Of a stretch of 64,000 nt of DNA, positions 59,429 through 64,000 are shown piece by piece. The stretch comes from Felis catus (taxonomy: Eukaryota), in assembly GCF_018350175.1 (NCBI RefSeq), contig NC_058382.1, positions 59,956,001 to 60,020,000 of the forward strand, given 5' to 3'. Under the pieces are notes generated by a model. It was not told where the DNA came from and did not search any database. It saw only the letters and a list, made by a program, of their open reading frames with translations. Each line of letters starts with the position of its first letter. Positions within the stretch are counted from its first letter, which is position 1. Position numbers and translations under genes: made by a program.

Positions 59429-61486
59429 CTGAAACCCAGGAGAAAGGACGTGCGTTCACACGAGGCGGCCGTGGCCTCCCCGGGGCAGCCCGCGCGTCCG
59501 TTCCGCAGAGTCGGGCCCGCCGCCCGCAGCTCCCGAACTCGGGGCAAACCACCCAGTGAGGCCGATGTGAACGGTGTAACATAGGAATCGGTGCCGGGAC
59601 GGCTGCCTGTTGCCGGGACGCTCGGTGAAATCTGGATGTCAGATGAACGGCAAACAATTTTTAATCAGTGTGTGGTCCTGATTGCATTTTCTTCCTATGT
59701 CTGTCACCTCCCTTGGACTTCGTCTATGCCCTTACTTCACATCCCTCCCTGGGTTTTCCCGAGTCCAATTTCGCCATCAAGACCGGCCAACTGACAAGGC
59801 TTTCAATGAGGGGCAGAGGACGAGTCTGGGACAGACGCTTTCCTGGGTCGCTGGCCAGCGGGAGGCAGGGTGCCGGGGCCTGGCCAGGCTTCCGTGTGAT
59901 GAGAGCTTGTGGCCCTGCCGATGCTGAGCTTGGCCCAGACCCAAGAGGGGGCTTGGCCATGGGCACGTATTTCCTGGTGTGCTGGGGGCCTTTCTGAACG
60001 GTGACCCGAGCACCAAGTCCACACCGACTCCAGAAAGCCCTCCAGCCTCTCGTGGTCAACTAGCCCCTCCCCACGCAGCCGCTGGAGTCCAGGACTGGGG
60101 GCACCTGGTGGAGGGTGTGGGGTCCACATATGCTCCAGGCGGCCCCTCACTCCCACCTAACCCCAGTGCTCCCAGCCACAGGCACCGGGGCCACCGAGGG
60201 CGGTGTGAGCTCTCCCCGCCCGTCCATGGCTCACCTGGAACCCCCCCACCTGTTGTCCCAGTTCAGTCTCCCAGAAATAAAGACAACTGGGCCCAAGGCC
60301 CCAACTGTAACTGCTTCCTTCAGGGACCCTCAGTGACTGGATTTGCCTTCCAAACCTCCACGGGAGACAGGTGCTCCCACGTGGGCCGGCGGCCTGGCCA
60401 GGACGGGCCCCGCAGCCCCTGCTCGGCCGGTTCAGGGAAAGCCCCCGGCGGGCCCAGGCTCTGCTCTCTCTTCTGTGCAACAGCCTCTTCCGTTAAGTCA
60501 GCTGATCATTAAAAACCACGTGCAGACACACAGTGTCCGAGATAGAAGGCTTGCTGCGTAAAAAGCACGGAACCGGCCCCGCTCCTTCGTGTCCGTGTTA
60601 CTTGTCAAGTTGTGTCTACTTACAACCAGAGATGTAACTTCCTGTTCATAAACCGTCCCCGGAGGTCACCTCTGGGGCTGGGATCGCAGGTGGGTTTCAT
60701 GTTTTACTTTGACTGGATCCCAGGCCTGTTTGAGCGACAGCATTACCTCCACCGCGATGGCAGCGAAAAGTTAACACAAAAACAGCCCCTGACCTGAGAT
60801 GCATCGGGAAGTCAGGTGGTTTGTGGGCGGACGGACATGTGATGAAGCGAATGTGGGCAAAACGCTCGTGGTAGGATCTGGGCGGCAACCTCGCGGGCTC
60901 TCCCTGTGCCGACCTGCCAGTCACCGTTGGAAAAATTTCGTGACGAAATACTGGGGAGAGTCAAAAAGGCACCGCTCGCCGTCCCACCGTACCTGCGAAA
61001 ACCAATTCCTAACATTTATCCTTACTCGTTTTCTTTACGGATTCCCATCTGGGGATGTTGCAAATGTCTCGTTGTTTCAAGAAGGCGATTTCTGTCGTGA
61101 AGATTTTCAGGTCTCAGGAGAGGCCCCGAATGCCTTGAGAGACAGGAAGCTTCTAGTCCACGATCGACCAGCAGCGCGGACGTGGCTGCGTGCCGGGCTA
61201 AGGGCACAGACTCTGTTGTTGAATCCCAGCTGGCTGATTTGGCCAGTCACGTGGCCACTCAGCACCTCCATCTCTCCTTCTGTTAGAGGACAGTATGAAC
61301 AGTACCCTCGCCCCAGGATGGCCGTGCGGATGGGACGGGCAGGATGGCCTGGTCCAGCGTGAGCTCGGGGAGTCCCGTGCCCCGGGAATCCTTTCTCTGG
61401 GCAGCCAGGCTGGTCTGCCGCCCTACAAGCGAGACTGGCACGTGGAAAGCACCCACGTCTTTGGTGCTAGGATAGCGTCTACGAAC

Positions 61487-61605
61487 CTCTGCTGGGTACG
61501 TGCGGCCATCCACCGTGTGCTCCGAGCCCCACGTGTCCACTGCTCCCCAATGGAAGTGGAACTGCTTTAGCCTGTAGTGGTTTTCCAAGGGGCCGCCGCT
61601 GATTC
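61487..61605 (-). CDS. CA5A: Carbonic anhydrase VA exon 3 ([39 protein letters not shown])
   Basis: Alpha-CA zinc ligands QFHFHWG and SEH motif; acceptor cactttccag; donor AG|GTTCGT; 119 nt. Adjacency to SLC7A5 favours CA5A over CA5B. Confidence 0.96.
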
Positions 61606-61865
61606 CTGGAAAGTGAAACCAGCAGACCGGTGTGTTAGTTTGTCCGTTGTCGTCGGACCGGGGCTTGTCGTGACAGTGTCTATCTACACTGAGGTCACAC
61701 AATTTCGCTCTGGAGAGATTGATGTCCTGCTGAAATGACAAACTGGAAGGCGGGCCCCGTGCGAGGCGGCACCTTGTCTGTTCACCCCTGTCCCTGTCAC
61801 CGAGCCCCAGCTGGCCCACAACAGGCTCAAGGTAGATGCCGGAGTGGATGCAGAGGCCAGTTCTG

Positions 61866-61879
61866 CCACCAGGGGGCGG
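61866..61879 (+). promoter_or_regulatory. Candidate CTCF site, CA5A intron 2
   Basis: CCACCAGGGGGCGG fits CCASYAGRKGGCRS at all 14 positions. Confidence 0.6.
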
Positions 61880-64000
61880 CAGGGGGCTCAAGCCCGTTTG
61901 GTGCAGCCGTGAGGGTGAAGAAAACCATTTCTGAGATGCACACCAGTCCTCAAAGATTTCCAGACTTTTTTTTAATAATAATAAAAAAAAGATGTCTTTT
62001 GAATGAAAAAGTGGCAGCTTAAATTCCATCACCAAAACGAATACGTAATGAGCGAGATGCTCACCTAAGCAAATCCTGAGATATAACACGCTACCTTCCC
62101 GTCAGGCTGAACTGAACGCAGCCCATGGTCAGTCTAGTCTCACCGTGTGACCAGACTTTATGGGAACACTGTTCTTGCTTTTAACTGAAGGGAGCACGTG
62201 CTACTGGGCTGGAGACCCCAGCAGATCCCCGGGGTGGCCTTACCCACATCAACGCCTCTGCGTGGCGAAAGCAGGGAAAACATTTAGTGGTGTGGCGGAC
62301 GCTATGACGGTGTCAGAGGCTACTGGCGAGGGGTGCTTTCTATCCTGTTTTTGCCGTAAAAAGTATAAGAAGCAGAAAGCACTGAGCAGATTCAGTTCAC
62401 GACTCTGCCCTCGACCAGATCGTAGAGCTTCTCGCTGTGTTTCTTCGCTTGGAAATGAGCGTTGTTGGTCTAGAACAGCATTAGGGTCTCGCCTAGTTGA
62501 GAGGCCGTATGGTTTTATGAGGTGATCTACTCTCCCGGGCACACATACATGAACGATATTTCAATTTTTAAAAGTATACAGAAAGAAGCGTATACAACAC
62601 TGTAAGTCACGAGGTCTGAATGTACAGGTGCCCACGGCACACACAGCGTGAGGAGCCTCTCCGCAGGCGGGAAGGCAGGACGGATGGGAGAACCTCCCAG
62701 CGGGTTTGAATCGCAGGGCTTTAATGGAGATTTTCTGCGGCTAAAAGCACACAGGGGGATGATTTTTCCCCCGGAGGGGACATGATGCTCGGGCCCACTG
62801 GCCCTTGTAGCTTTGGGTCCCATCGTCATCTACTAGGGGAGGTGAGGCAGGTTGTTGGTAACCCCAGCAGTGGGAGCTAGGAGTTGAGCCCAGATCTCAC
62901 GCCAAATCCCACGCCTTTTCCACTTGATCCTTCGAAGCAGGAAACACGATCTCAGGAAATTACAGGACCACGAAGTCGGGCAGCGGAAACCTCTGTGCTT
63001 GTTCCCGCCTGGTGTCCGTGGCACGAGGGGCGTTTGCGGCACTGGCCGGCCAGAGACCTCGTGCCACCAAAGCACACCCATCAGTGAGCAGGTGGCAAGC
63101 CTGAGGGGTGAGGGCGCATCCCACCAAAAACACCCGTGTAGAAAAATCTCCCGGGTTGTGAACCACAGAGAGCCGGGGGTGGAAGCTGCTGGGGTGGGAG
63201 GGGCCTGTGGGAACCCCCACTACTCCTTTCTCAGCCCGTGAAGAGCTGTAGACTCAGACTTTCTTACCCTCCGCCCGTGGACGTGGCCTCACGCTCTCCC
63301 CTGAATTCTTCACCGAAGCAGCCTCCCGCCAGCGGCCTCCTGCCTATCTGCTTCCACAAAGGAATGAAAATGGAAACCCATCCTTCGGAATCCTGGGGCT
63401 CAGGCCCCCCTCAGAAAAGAAGGGTCCTCTTCAGCGGGGCCTCCGGGACAGGTATCTCCTTCATGCTGACATCTGACCCTCCGTAGACGAACATCACTAT
63501 CCCGGGCGGGCCGGGGACCAGGCGGGCTCGTAACACAAAGCCCAGAAGGCTGTGGTGCCTCCTAGCCTTGTCATATGCAAACACAGACAAGGAGATCAGC
63601 AAATGGTGAGCTGGTCTGAGAAGATAAGTGAGGGGAAGGAGGTGTGGGCAGACAGAGGAGAGTTTATAGCCTGGGCTGGGCTGGGGGGGCGGGGCCTGGG
63701 CCGGAGGGGCGGGGCATGCTGAGGCAGGCTGGCGGACACGCGTGGAATCTGCGTGGAATCTGGCCTTTTGGCCAACGCAGGGCTTGGTCTCCCTTTCGGC
63801 CTTTACGTGCACCTCAGGAAGAGTGAAACAGCGGGCCAGAAAACACAGTTTCTATTTTCAAGACCGCCCTAGGTCACCCGGCGACCCCAGCCCAGGCCTG
63901 CCTGAAGGTCCAGCCCCTTGGCTTGTGTAGCCCAACTCCACCCCCTTCCCTGCCAGGAAAGTTAGGAACTCGACTTACGGCTGCAGCTCTGGATAAAATG

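Noticed and set aside
61606..62089. Open frame extending upstream of CA5A exon 3, with a tttcagcag acceptor near 61730
   Set aside because: No similarity to CA exon 2 (no QSPINI). The alternative acceptors are phase 0 whereas exon 3 needs phase 1.

Overview
GC-rich mammalian genomic DNA. The Can-SINE type points to a feliform carnivore, most likely a cat or other felid. The window holds the complete 10-exon SLC7A5 (LAT1) gene on the minus strand: ATG at 35026, stop at 4562, 1530-nt CDS, 509 aa, all introns GT-AG. Its TATA/GC-box CpG-island promoter and ~2.4 kb 3' UTR are also present. Upstream, also on the minus strand, lie exons 3-7 of CA5A (mitochondrial carbonic anhydrase VA); exons 1-2 are beyond the right edge. 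The rest is intron or intergenic DNA with Can-SINEs, a solo ERV LTR, old MLT1, L1, L2 and MIR remnants, a MER3-like DNA transposon and several tandem repeats. Nearly all ORFs in the supplied track are GC-rich noise. I found no evidence of a new protein-coding system. The most interesting signals are: (1) a 13-monomer higher-order minisatellite grown from a MER3 terminus that forms an array of heat-shock-element-like motifs; (2) three perfect ATF4 amino-acid response elements in SLC7A5 intron 1; (3) a LAT1 N-tail lacking the lysines ubiquitylated in human; (4) a 36-bp VNTR of GC boxes plus nuclear-receptor half-site palindromes; (5) a promoter-like TATA+GC-box cassette inside CA5A intron 2. Repeat family names and human comparisons are from memory of consensus/reference sequences, not database searches. 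Boundaries of old repeats are approximate.
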